NCBI GenBank assembly: GCA_015680685.1
Contig: MNCI01003377.1
Coordinates: 702,708 to 766,707, forward strand
From: Gnetum montanum
Lineage: Eukaryota; Plantae; Gnetophyta
DNA length: 64,000 nt
Direction of reading: 5' to 3'
This document shows, in pieces, positions 37,897 through 51,759 of this stretch; position 1 is the first letter of the stretch, and every line of letters starts with the position of its first letter. Under the pieces are notes generated by a model. The model saw nothing but the letters and a program-made list of their open reading frames with translations, was not told where the DNA came from and did no database searches. The position numbers and the translations under genes were made by a program.

Positions 37897-40800
37897 TGAT
37901 ACAAAATTTATTACAGGATTCTGTTTAAAGCAGCTAAGCCAAAATAATAGAAATTTCTATATCGCCCAAATATTAAAAAACTTAGCTCGTTTAGCTCGTT
38001 AATAGTATATAAAACAAAATATAATTTTATGAATGAACAACAAACAACTTTGTACAACTTCGTAGAAATAAAATACTTTCATTCACCAATAAGAATTTGC
38101 GAAAGCAGAACTAAAATATAAAAAAAATATTTTTATTTATCAATAAGAATTTGTGAAAACAAAACTGAAAATTAAGGTTATCTTGTTTAACTTCTGTGGC
38201 CATAGCAAAGCAAAGAAAAGAAACTTGGAAATGAAGAGAAAGTAAACTTAGCTTTTGATGGATCTTCCACCCTCTACCAATTCCATTTCAAAGGTGCATG
38301 TGATGGAATTTGCAATCTACAAAATATCATCAAGGAGCCATTTATTTTCTAAAAAATGCCTCACTACCTCCGTACTTCTATTACGGATGATGTAGTGGTG
38401 GTACCAACATGTAACTGTCAACATTGAAAGTGGTAGCTGCCAACATTTAAGGGGCCGTTGAGAAACTGCTCTATGGGAAGAATGGGCAAGAAAACTATCA
38501 TCATGGGCAATTAATCTTACATTCTCCTACTAATTGCCCATGCAGGACAAGAATGGCGATTTTTTGTATCATGGCCATAATTGATACACTCATAAACAAA
38601 AAATATCAACATTTGAATCATGATGATTATATTCATTAATATTGAATATTTCTTTTCATAAATTACACAGCATGACACTTTTTAAGCAAGCACTTTTTGA
38701 GCAATTTCCTTATGAATGGATATTTAAAAAAAATAGGTAAGGTCCCTTTTTAAAAAAATTAATGGCATAGGCTTTATGTGCACCAAAATATATACCTTTA
38801 TTATTATCTAAGAAATCTATAATGATCTACAATTTGAGTAAGAAGAAAGTTATATATGAAATGAACTAATAAGTTCCATATGATTTACATGATCCATGTA
38901 CAGTTTTGTCGACAAGGTTTTGGTCATGGAATCAACAATCATTAATTCAATGCTAATATGATGAATATCTACTTCATGCTTCTTGACTCTATCCTTAACA
39001 ACAAGATACTTTATATCGATGTGCTTATTGTGACTACCACTTTTACTATTCTTTGAAAAGAAGACTATAGCAGAACTATTACAATATATCTTTATCGGCC
39101 TTGTGATGGAATCAACAATTCTTAAGCTAGCAATAAAATTTCTTAACCATAATGCATGTGATGTAGCTTCATGGCAAGCAATAAATTCTTCCTCCATTGT
39201 AGATGAAGCAACTATTGTTTCCTTAGTACTCTTCCAAGATATGGCCCCTCTAGCGAATAACAACACATATCTAAAAGTTGATTTTCTAGAATCTACACAT
39301 CCAGCAAAATCTAAATTTGAATATCCAACCACTTCAATGACTTTTTTAGCAACTTTGCAATGCTCAATGCCTAAATTGCTTTGATATCTACTAAGCATTC
39401 TTACTACAAAACTTATATCAAGTCTTGTACATACTTGTGCATACATGAGGCTACCAACAGCAGATGCATAAGGCATGTTTTTCATTTGCACTTGTTCCAA
39501 TGAGTTTTGTGGGCATTACTTCAAATTAAATTATCTCCTTTCATTATTGGAGTTGCTATAGGTGAGCAATTTTTTATTCTAAATCTTTCCAAAACCTTTT
39601 TAATGTAGGCCCTTTGAGATAGTCCTAATATCCTTTGATATCTATCTCTGTGAATCTCTATCCCAATGACATAGGAGGCTTCATCCATATCCTTCATTTC
39701 AAAATTTTGAGAGAGAAATTGCTTTGTCTCATGTTGCAAACCCATGTCACTACTTGCAAGTAATATGTCATCCACATAAAGGACTAATAAAATGAATTTT
39801 CTCTCACTAACAATGTTCTCAATAAAATCGAATGAGACCATAATTTTATGAAATTTTAAATACCACTATTGGGAGGCTTATTTTAGTCCATATAATGACC
39901 TCCTCAACTTGCAAACTAAGTGATCATCTTTACAAAAGACCACAAGTTGTTTCACATATACTTCTTCTTTAAGATCCCTAGTTAAAAATGTTGTTTTCAC
40001 ATCCATTTGGTGTAGCTCTAAATCAAAATGAGCCACCAAAGTCATAATTATTCTAAATGAATCCTTCATTGATACTAGAGAGAAGTTTTAATGGTAATCA
40101 ATGCCCTCCCTTTGAGTAAATCCTTTAGCTACAAGTCTAGCTCTATATCGTTCAATAGTACTAGAAGAATTTCTTTTGGTTTTATAGATTCATTTACAAC
40201 CAATTACTAAAACTTCTTCTAGAAATTTGACAAGATTCCAAACTTGATTTTTAGCCATAGAATCTATCTCTTCTTTCATGGCATCATACCAAGGCATGAA
40301 ATTCTCTCCACTAATGGTTTGTGAAAATGACATAGGATCATCTTTAGGTCCAACATCAAAGTTAGAGTCTTGAAGATATATAACATAGTTGCTAGAAATT
40401 GTTAGTTTCTTTAAACTTGAAGACTTTCCTAATTCTACTTCTTCCTCAATGTTCTGCACATCTTGGGTAGTAGAATTAGTGATAATCTATTTCTCTTGAA
40501 GAGGTTGTTCTTGATTTAATTACTCATTCAAGGTGTGTTTTGGATTATCTTGGGAGATGATTGATTCCTCTTTATCAATGAGAGACATATCACATTCCTT
40601 GAGTTCTTCATATTTTAATTCTTGAGGAATTTGTTTTTCATTGAATTCAAACTCTTTAAGGAATTTAGCATTTCTATCCTCAATAACTCTAGGTGTGTGT
40701 GTGAGACAATAAAATCTAAAACCCTTGGATTTTACTACATAGCCAATAAAATATCCATCGATTATTCTTGGATCCAATTTCTTTAAGCTTGGGTTATATG

Positions 40801-43800
40801 CCCTTACTTCAACTAGACATTCCCAAATATGCATGTGTCTTAAACTAGGCTTCCATCCATTCCATAATTCAAAGGTATTTTAGGAATATCCTTTGATGGA
40901 ATCCCATTTAAGATATATACTATAGTTTTTAAGGCCTTACTCCATAGTGTTAAGGGAATATTAGAGTTACTAATCATACATCTTACCATGTCCATAAGTG
41001 TATAGTTCCTTCTTTTTGCTACACCGTTTTGTTGAGGTGTTCCTGGCATGGTGTATTAGGTAGTAATACCCTCTTCTTGAAGGAACATAGTAAATGGACT
41101 TGATGCTTGTCCTTATTCTATATACTTTCCCTAGTATTCCCCTCTTCTATTGAATTGTATAATCTTGATTTTCTTTTCCTTCTATTTCTCTACTTCTATT
41201 TTGAATATTTGAAAAGTATTTAATGCCTTTGCTTTATGAAACAAAAGGTAGAGATACATGTATCTTGTATGGTCACCAATGAATGAAATAAAATATCTCT
41301 AACCATTCAAACAAGGAGTGGGAAATGATCCACAAATGTTAATACATATGATTTCAAGAATCTCTGAACTCCTCTTAGCTTCTTTAGTGTTCTTGTTAGT
41401 TTGCTTTCCCTTAATGCATTCTAAACACGTGCCAAAATTAGTAAAGGGTCATTAAAACACCATTATCTACTAATCGTTTAATTCTTTCCATGGAGATATG
41501 ACCCAATCTTTTATGCTAGAGCTTAGAGAATTCTTCATTTATGATGCACCTTTTATTACCAATGTACAAATGTGTAGTTAAAAGATTATATTCAAAAGTG
41601 AAATCTAAAATAAGCTTATACAAACCATCAACAAGTTTTCCAAAATTAACAATGTTTTTACAACTAGAATGTTCAAAATTGAACATGTATTCAAACTTTA
41701 CTAACCTGGAAACTGAAACCAAATTCCTAGAAAATGATAGAATATAAAAGGTATCTAGAAGATCTAAAATGCATCCAGAGTCTAATACTAGTCTAAATGT
41801 TCGAACCGCCTCCACTTGATAATGCATCCAATTTCCTAAATAGATGCTCTATTAATTTTCCTTCAGTTGTCTTAGTTGAAGGAAGCCCTACATGGTAGTG
41901 GAAATTTAAATTGTGCATCTAGAATCAATCCATCATGTATTATCAAGAGCATCAACAAAATAAAATTCATGACATACATGGGAAATAAGGTGACCTTTCT
42001 TTTCAAGCCATTTTTTATATGTTTGGCAATTTCTTTTCATGTGTCCCTTTTTCTTGTAGAAAAAAAAAACAAACTTTTCACCATTTTGTTTCATTTGCAC
42101 ACTTGTTTCATTCTTTTCCATATGAACACTTTTTCCCTTTTTTCTCTTCCTTTTATCATAAGTGGTTAGATTATCACTTTCCAGTTTTTCATGCTTAATT
42201 CTTTTCTCCTCCTGAATACACATAGTCAGAAGTTCATTTACTGACAACTTTTTTTATGTGTGTTGTATGAGATTTTGAATGGTTCATACTCAATTAGGAG
42301 AGAATTAAGTATAAAGTTAATAAGAAATGACTCAAAGAAGTTAGTTCCTAAGGATTTTAATTGGATTGCTATATCCCTCATTTCCATAATGTGCTCATGC
42401 ACACCTTTACTATTGTCAAGCCACATGCCTGAGAGTTTGTTCTTAAGGGTGTTGGCTCCTAATTTATTAAACTTTACAAATTGTTCTTGAATAGCTTGCA
42501 TGAAATCCTTAATCTTGTTACATTCAAGGATAAAATCTCGAATGCTCTTGTTTCTATGAGTTTTAACAAAAATCATGCTTAAGTGGTTGGATCTCTTCCA
42601 CCACTCAAAAGAGCTCTTTTTCTCAAGCATACTAGCTTCTATGGGTGCTTTAGGCATATCCACACAAAACACTAGATCAAGGTCCATCCAACCCAAGGTA
42701 AGGAGAGTTTTATCCCTCCAATCTTGAAAATTATCTCTAATTAATATTGAAACATGAGGATTAGACACAAAAGTTGTTGGAGTAACTCCTACCAAAGCAA
42801 AAAAATACATCACACTAGGAATTTTATAAAAAATAGTAAATATCAACCTCCTTGTCGGTAAAGGTTTCACCTGCATGAATTTACATAACATACTTATCAA
42901 CAAGACTAGCAAATGTAGAATAAATAATTCATACCTATGGGCCTAGAAAAATTTATTCTAAATTTACTATCTCATTCCATATAGATCATTAAAAAAATTA
43001 CTTCCCTATGGGGCTAAGTAATTTCATCACAAACTAATTGTAATATGAAAATAATACCATTGTTCGCATTATCATTAGGACTGAAGGTATTGTGGCTATC
43101 CTTAGGTCATATTTAAAAAACTTTTCTTTTGAGAATGACATGATAGAAAATGCATACTTTAATATCCATAACTATTGAAACACTTTCACAAAAGAATATG
43201 TATGAAAAAGGTTTTATATCAATAATCCATTTTGAATAATATCCTTTTCCAATATGGCATTGCAAAAGGATAAATATTATACTCATTAACAACATTGTAA
43301 AGAGATAAACATTATACTCGTTAACCAATGAAATATGCTATATGCACACAGTAAGTGTAGGAAAAGTGCAATAACCAAAATGGTTCATGTAATATCCAAT
43401 AAAGACTACAACTGAGCAAGTTTTTTAGAACCTAAGCTCCAATACCAAATGGTAAAAAAAAAAAATTCTAGGATCTTCCTATTAAGAGCAACTAAGCCAA
43501 AATAATAGGAAAATCTATATAGTCCAAATATTCAAAAATCTAGCTTATTAACAATAGATAAAACAAAATATAATTTTATGAATGGACAAGAGACTTCATA
43601 GAAATAAAATACTTTCATCCATTGATAAGAATTTGTGGAAGCAAAACTGAAACATAACAGTTGGAAGAGAACATTAAGGTTATCTTTTTTTATCTCCAAT
43701 TGTTGTCACCATAGCAAAGAAGAGAAAAGAAATTTGGAGATGAAGAGAAAGTAAACTCAACTTTTTATGGATCTTCCAACCTCTACCAATTCAATCTCAG

Positions 43801-44101
43801 TGTTGCATCTAATGGAATTTTTAGTCTACAAATATCACTAGTGAGGTTGGGAATCATCCATTCTATTTGTAATTGTATATTATATTCCTTCCATCAAGGA
43901 ACCATTTATTTTCTAAAGAATGCCTCACTACCTCTACTACTATTACAGATGATGGTAGTGGTAGTATCGACCTAGTTGTGGTATCAACTTATAATTGTCA
44001 ACATTGAGAGTGATAACTACCAACATTGAAGGAGTCATTGAGAAACTACTAGATGGTAAGAGTGGACAAGAAAACTATCATCATGAGCAATTAATCTTAC
44101 A
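37897..44101 (-). mobile_element. Full-length degenerate Ty1/copia element
   Basis: LTRs 37897-38521 and 43450-44101; PBS (iMet-type) TGGTATTGGAGCT at 43435-43447; PPT at 38522-38533; TSD CTTAG/CTTAC. Confidence 0.85.
38850..42800 (-). pseudogene. Copia gag-pol polyprotein, fragmented
   Basis: gag LGWMDLDL..; knuckle remnant KKKGHMKRNC; INT PGTPQQNGVAKRRN; RT LHQMDVKTTFL, LYVDDILL, YASAVGSLMYAQVCTR; RNase H KHIDIKY. Confidence 0.92.
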
Positions 44102-45229
44102 CTTACACCACCATTTTGTGTTGTTTTTTACTCTTCACACCTATACTCCTACCTTGCCAACCATGTTTCTCAAACCCTGGCACTGTACAAGCCCCATAAT
44201 AGCCTACAATTCTCATAATGGCCTCACCTCCTATTTTGTAGTGTCCATGCCTTCCTGCATTCCACATGCTACCACCACACCATGCTACTGCTACTTGCTA
44301 CTACATCTACTACCACACATTTCCTACAGTTGTGCCCTACACCTTAGTTGTCCTACATCCTTGAAAATAAAAGTTAAGCTAGATCCTCCACTCATTGGAG
44401 ATAGAAAATAAATAAAAAACAAGCCTTGTAAGTTGGATTGTTGCTCCCAATTTCTTACCTTTAATCTCACACATTGCAAAACTAGCTGCTAATGTATACA
44501 CCAATGTATACAATCATACTAATGTATAGAAGCATAAGCCATGCCCACACATTGCAAAACCACCTGCTAATGTGTGAGATACCAAGAATGTCTAAACTTA
44601 ATCAAAATACATCATACATTGAAAAATCACATGCTAACATGTGGGGTAGCATGTGAAACAAAATAGGAAAGTTTCTAAGCTCTAGAAACCACCATTCCCA
44701 TATGTTGAAAAATCATGCCTCAACATATGAACTAACATGTGGGAAATGAAATTAGAAATTTGCGTACTAAATTTGATCACATGTTACCTAGGCCATACTA
44801 AACCTCAAAAACAACAAAGAGAGAAAGTTTCTAAGTACTAAAAATCCATCCGAACAAGCCTATATGTTGAGGGTTTAGTGTGCACACATTAGTAATACCA
44901 ATTTTAACTTTTTTAATTATTTTAGAAACAAAGAACCACTATGTTAGCAATCTACAACCTATTTTCACAAGAATATTTCTATTTCTATAAGATATTTCCT
45001 TAATTTAATAATTTTTGTATTTTTTACTTATTTTAACAGTTTATAGCCTATTTTCTCTAGATTCTTAGTTATTTTAACAATTTATAGTTGGTTTGCACCA
45101 TATATTTACTTATTTTGGCAACTTATAACTTATTTTCATTATATTTTTGTCTATTTTAATCAAAAAATAATTAAAAAGGTTAAAAAAACAACAAATATTA
45201 TTATTCTTATTATTTTCAACCTTATTTAA

Positions 45230-45410
45230 CCTCATTTCATCCTTGTTAGCCATAGTTTACTTTATTTTAACCTCATTTTGCTTTGTTTTTACCTCATTTT
45301 AGCTTGTTTTGACCTTGTTTCATCATATTTTGCCTCGTTGTAGCCTTATTTTTCCTTTATTTAGCCTTGTTTTACTATGTTTTGTCCTTATGTTGTCTTA
45401 TTTTAATCTA
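45230..45410. repeat. ~10-bp degenerate tandem array (CCTTGTTTTA-like)
   Basis: Periodic (A/G)CCT(T/C)(G/A)TTTT units. Confidence 0.6.
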
Positions 45411-46969
45411 TTATTTCAATATTTCACATTATTTAACAATGTTTTCATGTAGAGGACACTTGATGTGCTTATGTTAACATGCAAGATTAAGCTAGGAAGA
45501 TGAGGAAGCAAATTCTACTAGCCTTAAATTCTTAAATAGACCCTTGTAAAGTTGTTTGACCAACTTGACCTGCTAAGCCTAGAGCCTGGAAGCCTTTAAA
45601 CCATGTAGCCTTAGCATCCTAGAATGGCCTGATTACCCTTAACTTTGAAACCAAAAACATCATAGAGGGTTTCTTGGTCAGATTTCCCATTCTCTTCCAT
45701 GATAGTAAGGAGAAAACATTGAAACTAAGTTCATTACCAGAACCTCAATTTTCTCAAGACATCATCAAACCCTTGCAAGGTCATGAGTGGTTGAAGGGTA
45801 CCCCTATGCCCAACTATACGAATCATAGACTACTCACGCATGATCCAGTCGAATTTCATGGACTTTATAACTTCTAGTGCACTAGTCTTCTAGGAAGTGA
45901 AGCTTGCCCCAAGGTCATTTGTTGTTCCCTTGATTACACTTGTTAAGCATAATGGTATGATTAAGAGTAATTGAGACATATGATTTTTTTCCTTTTCTAT
46001 TTTATGGTTTTGGTGCTTGAAGAGAGAGATAGAGTAATTTAATAACTAATTTAATTTAACTAACTCACTAATCTTTAACTAATCCTAACAGAAGCATTTG
46101 ATCCCACTTTCCGTACACATCTTGAACCCACATATCCATTGTTGGGTTACCAAGTGCTNCTGATCCCACTTTCCGTACACATCTTGAACCCACATATCCA
46201 TTGTTGGGTTACCAAGCGCTACGCTGCCGGACGAACCAAGCAATAATGTTGATGGGATTACTAAGCGAATATGTGTTACACTCAAAGTGGTCATACTTAT
46301 GTATTTAATCTATCTAGCTTATCTTGCTTAATTAGCTTAATTACTAGAAAACATTAAATAATTAACTAAAAGCATTAAATGCATAAATAAATATCTAAAC
46401 TATCCAAAATGCTGCAAGGTTTATTGAAAAGCTCATCTTTATTTTTGTACATACTATCGTGCTCAAGTACAACAATGCTTGAATAAAGATCTATATACTT
46501 AATGACTCCTTCTATGGGCACTTAGGAGAAATCTTCTAACTTTGAAATGTAAAAGCTACAAGATTTTGTCTACTATTATGAATTTGATGCCCATATACAT
46601 AGTTGGAAGCTTGTATTTATAGTTTTTGCTACAGTACTGCATCGATGGGGCCTCATCAACATAACAAACCCTACGTTGACACAGTCCCATCGATGGGGGC
46701 CTATTGACGTGGCACATTCATGCTTCATCATACCCCTATAACTAAATGAAAACTCATCCTTGAGTTCTTTTACAAAATTGGAAAGGTATGGGATTATTTA
46801 TTGACTCTTAACAAAACAAAACAAACTAACTTGACAAAATTGAATGCCCAAGTGTATAGATCAACACATTACAAAATTGTGGTGTTCATGACACAAAATT
46901 GAACATCATGAGATGACTTCAAAAATTTGGATAGCACATCCTCTAACAACGTGAACATGATGGTGAAGA

Positions 46970-49837
46970 TCAGATAGTCCTAGGTGGTGGTGGCTCCTGA
47001 GGCTCTAAAGGACCTTCACTAGCTCTAGGCATGTGTGGTGGCTGAGGTGGTTATGGCTGTCCTGCTATGGCTACAACGTCTAGCAGAAGGTGAAAGGAAT
47101 CAAGCAGTGCCTTCATCTTCTATTCCTTACTCTGAGGATCATTCATGATCCATGTGACTTCACCAATGTGGGCTAGAATGGGGACATCCCATGAACAAGG
47201 AATGATTAGGAACATCTTCTTTACATTGACAAACTAGGCAAAAAATTGTTTATGTTTGATGTTGAATGTCCAAACTACATTCTATAGCTCTTGGTAGTCA
47301 TTCATCTTCATGGCTAGGTCCTTAGCAGTTGATCATTGGTTCGTGAATCATGCCCTGAGAACCTCAAGTTCAACATTAGCCACTGCAAGCTTATCCTCAT
47401 TGTACTTGTGGTGCTTGAACTCTACGTCATAAAACAAGTATGATTTGTCCACCTACTTTTCCAACTCTAACCATGGTCTTCTAGTAGTTAACATGCCTAG
47501 ATTTGCATAATGGAGATTGGAAAGCTCTGTATACTCCATCATCTTCTTGATCTACAACTCCTTCATGTGGATTTTTGCTTTGTTATAGGCATTTATCCCA
47601 TCAACAATGGTTGTCAAAACTTTCCTTCCTTGTTGGAGTTGCTGAAGGGCTTCATTTGCCTTTTCCTTCGCCAATTGGATATGTTTCTCATTTACTTCCT
47701 TTTGTAGACTAACCTACTTTTTGTAATGATCTTTGACTTTCTCAAATTTGAGAGCTTCAAGTTTCCACGTAGCTACCTTACTTGCAACCTTTTGGTGAAA
47801 GGCATGCACCTCCTCCATGGAGAGATTCCTATTCTCTGCTACCAATCTCCTTAGCTCTATGTTTACTCTAGCCAGTTGCTCCTACTGTTGATGGATGAAA
47901 TTTGTTAACTACTACTTGTGCACATTAACATTTCGTAGGTGATGGTTCTCTACAGTCAGTTGGATGTTCTCCTAGTGGGTCTAATCCAAGGCCTTTTGAA
48001 TCACATGCTATGTTACCTCTACCAAGGATCTGTAGAACACTGCCATCTCCATTGCACCCTCAACCCCTTTGAGCTTAGTCTAAAGCTTTTTCATAGCTTC
48101 ATCTCTTGTTAATGCTAGGTTGAGAAATGCGAGATTGACAATCTAGGCTCTCAGTTTAGCAACTTCTATAGCCAAGCATTCATTCCACTTCTTGGCTATT
48201 TTAAGTTGCCTCTCTAATATAATATTCTTGTGTCATGCCTCCAAGAGCTTTGACTGGGTTGTAGTATTGTTATCCAGAAGGTCAAAGGCATCTAGAAGTG
48301 GTTGTCTAGTTTCCACTAGCCAGTTTAGCAATTCCTCATGCTATGCTACACTTATTCTACCACTTGTAGTTCCTACAAATGTCTCCACATCATTGTGTGT
48401 AGTGACGTCTGGTACAGATGCCACATGTGCATTGAGAGTCTTGGCAATATGATCAGTAACCACTTATGCTGCTATCTCCTACCCTTGGTGATACATCACT
48501 AGTATAGTTTCCCCTTCACCCTCATTCAAGCACACTAGGAACGTTGTAACATTCCTAGAGATTTTTCAGAGTGATTGTTGTTCTACAAGAGATACTGTGA
48601 CCTCTCTAGTGCTTAGATTCGACCTTGTGGGTAATTATGTTCTTTGGGCTAAGAAAATGGATCCACCATCACACATCAAATTGATTGTTCGTGCCATCTC
48701 ATTAAGATGACTTATGACTAGTCTATATATGGATGGGTCCCCATCACTTATGCCTACTTGTAGCTCTTGTTCATTCAAGATCCATTCTCTATATTTGTGC
48801 AACCATTGGGTAGTCGCAGCGATGTTTAGCACTATTGTTTGAGTGGTAGGTGGTGGTGGTGGTTGCTACTCCTCTTCTTGAATTATAGTTGCAGGCATTT
48901 TATCCTTCATCATTTTCACCTAGTTGGTAGCTAGAATAGTTCTAACATTGTCGTTGGTGTAACAGACTATCCCTTCCCTTCAACAGAGTTTTTTGATGAG
49001 GCATGGGAAGGGGAGTACCTTCCTTCCATATTCATTTTCTTTAAAGTGCTTCTCCATCTCTAGATAGATCAGATCTAGAAGGTTGACTGGAAATCTTCCA
49101 CTTAGAGTAGCGTATGCTTAGACAGAGAAGGCAGTGATTTTTCTTGGCCTCATCATGGGATTGAGGTGGAAGGCTATAATCTTGTAATAAATCCTCTTTA
49201 TCGGTGTGAGCATGCCAAACTCCTTATGATCGACACCATAGCATGGTTGCATTCATTCTTTCTTAATACTAAAATCCACATGCATTGGGATCTCAGTAAG
49301 GTTTGCCCTTGTTTTAGGCAATCTAAGCATTGCAACAATGGCCTACACTGACTAGGATACTGAGATGTCCTTAATCTTCACTATTGCTCCAGGTTGCTTG
49401 TTATTCTAGAACAAAATTATCTCTCCCATGTATGACTCCCCAATGGAAGTGATGATTGGTCACATGGGAGAGGCCTTCAGCTAATCCTACGCTTCTCTTG
49501 GTGCATGCTCCAAGAAAGGGCCAAAGTTTAACTCTTGGAGCATCAATTTTTGGACCTCCCTCAATTTGATTTGATTTAAGTAGGACTCTATTAAGGTCAC
49601 CTCAAGGTTTTCTGGTTATGTAGGTGCATCCTCCCGATGGGAGCGTTCTGTTGTTGCTACTGCTAGTTCTGGAATCTATTTGATAGATTCCACTTCTGCC
49701 TCCTCCCTAAGAGGACCTATGGCATGGATTGCAAGTAGTTCTTCTTGGGGCTATTCTTGGCCTCTTTCCATTCTAGGCCATTTCTCCCTTGGTTGGGATG
49801 GCCTTGCTTCCTGTGTGTTCTTTCCTTCTGGTGACAT
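46970..49837 (-). pseudogene. Athila accessory ('env-like') ORF, ~956 codons, many in-frame stops
   Basis: TGTAG|ATG start; KIIAFHLNPMMRPRKITAF..YATLSGRFPVNLLDLIYLEM..KVLPFPCLIKKLC; coiled-coil-like C-half; PWDVPILAHIGEV near the end. Confidence 0.75.
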
Positions 49838-51759
49838 CTACAGTCACAACACATCCATGGATTAGTAGATGTAATGTGTAACTTTAAAGTTTTGAGTACC
49901 TTTCTCTGTTAATTAGTTAGTTACACTTAGCTAAGGTTGGACCATGGTAGATTGATTATTTTATTAATTATTTGTTATAATTATCACCGAAGCTCATTGG
50001 AAAGGTTTAACTCTTGTAATTTAGTGTTAAATAGTTTATTTTTCAGTTAAACCTTTATGGGAGTTAGAAGAAATTACAAAAACAATATTTGTCAAAAATA
50101 GTACATTTTTGGTCCCCATGATAAAGAGCTTACCTCTGGTAGCTACAGGGTTAAATAGCAAAGTGATTTGGATAAATGGTTTGTGAGTTATGGGCTTTGG
50201 AAGGTTCTAGGCTTAGAAAACTTGATTGGCGTTTGTGAGAAAATGTAAAATTTTCTAAGTGGGGTCATGCCTATTTATACTATTTTTTACTTACATCAAT
50301 GAGGCCCCATATATGGGGCCTCATATATGGGTTTGCTCCATCAACGGGGCCCCATATATAGGGTCCACTGGCCAAAATTTTCAAACATTAATATCTCAAA
50401 AATATAATAGATTTTTCAATAAAATTGGGGTCCATGAAATCCCAAAAAAGCCAAGAATATGATAAAATAATTGAAAAGGATCTTTGAAACTCAAAAATTG
50501 AAAATGTTGATGGAGAACATATTTAATGAACAAAATATGTGAAGGAGTGCATGGTCTAATGTGGAAGATGAATGTATGAAAGATTCTGGTTGTAAGAATG
50601 CCTAGAGATAAGGTACTTAATGAACCTAACCAAGGGATATGCAAGTGGGTTCTTCCCATAACAAGCACATGTCCTTTTTTTCCTTACCTAACCTCAACCT
50701 AAGGAGTTTGTGGGCCCCAAAGGTGACTAATGGTCAATGAAAGTTAAGGATCAAAACCCAAAAGATTCTACTGAAGAATTCAAATACATCAGATGAAGCC
50801 ATGGAATCAAGAACATGGACATTGGCAGGAACGTGGATTATGGACAACATAAATGGATGATGGAGAAGGTAGAATAGAATTCCACATTGAGGATACAAGA
50901 AGTCCCTTATGAAGTTTATGTGTAAAATGACCTAAGAAGATCCATCCTTAGTCCAAATCAAAACCAACTGCTTTCAGTGACTTTGCATCACCACTCGAAG
51001 ATCAATCCACCCCCTTAAGATACAAAAATGCTCCCACAAAACAACCACCATTCCATAAAGAGAAGAAAAGAGAAGTAAAAAGTAAGAGAGAGGGCCTTAG
51101 TTAGAGGGGACCTTTAGGCATGGATTCATGTCTTTCTAGTCTCATAACCAAAGCTTGTAGTTCATTTATTTGTTTAAGGGATGTGCTTTAAATTTCCATC
51201 ATGTTTTTTTTTTTTTTGGACTTTTGGATGGGAACCACACCATGTAAAGACTTTATTTAACTTTCGATTAGTGGAACATGGAATGATAAGAAGTCCATGA
51301 AAAACACTCAAGCACTCAAGTAAGTAGAAAAGTACAAAGAGTATTGAGTCATCATGAAGTCACACCCTATTCAAATCTTTGAATCCTTCCCAATTCCAAA
51401 AACTACCAGGGTCACATATTTATTAAAAATTGATTTAAAGAGAGGAACCTCAAACTTCCAAAACAAGAAAAATCATAGAGTTTGTGGATGGGTGGATGTC
51501 GTGGACTCATTATTTGTTCCATGAAAAAGAAAACATGACTGATCCATAAGTACAAAATTCAAAAATAGAAACTAGACATTAGCAAACCAATCATAAAGCA
51601 CAAACCACCATTAGTAATAGCTATAGCACCACTGTATCCTGTTGGCAATAAAGCACTTTTATTAGCAAAATTTTGAAAATATAAAAGTTGTAAAATAAAT
51701 AAATTACAAAATCAAAAACATGGAAAACAAAAATTAGAAGAAATAAGGAGCCATATAGA

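Noticed and set aside
37700-38002. 100-aa Cys-rich ORF
   Set aside because: It crosses the copia LTR boundary and reads through C-rich low-complexity sequence, with no recognisable motif.
46099-46270. 62-bp duplication and CpG-rich patch in the 3' LTR
   Set aside because: An N sits at the junction and the partner LTR has one copy, so this is probably a contig-overlap or collapsed-repeat artefact.
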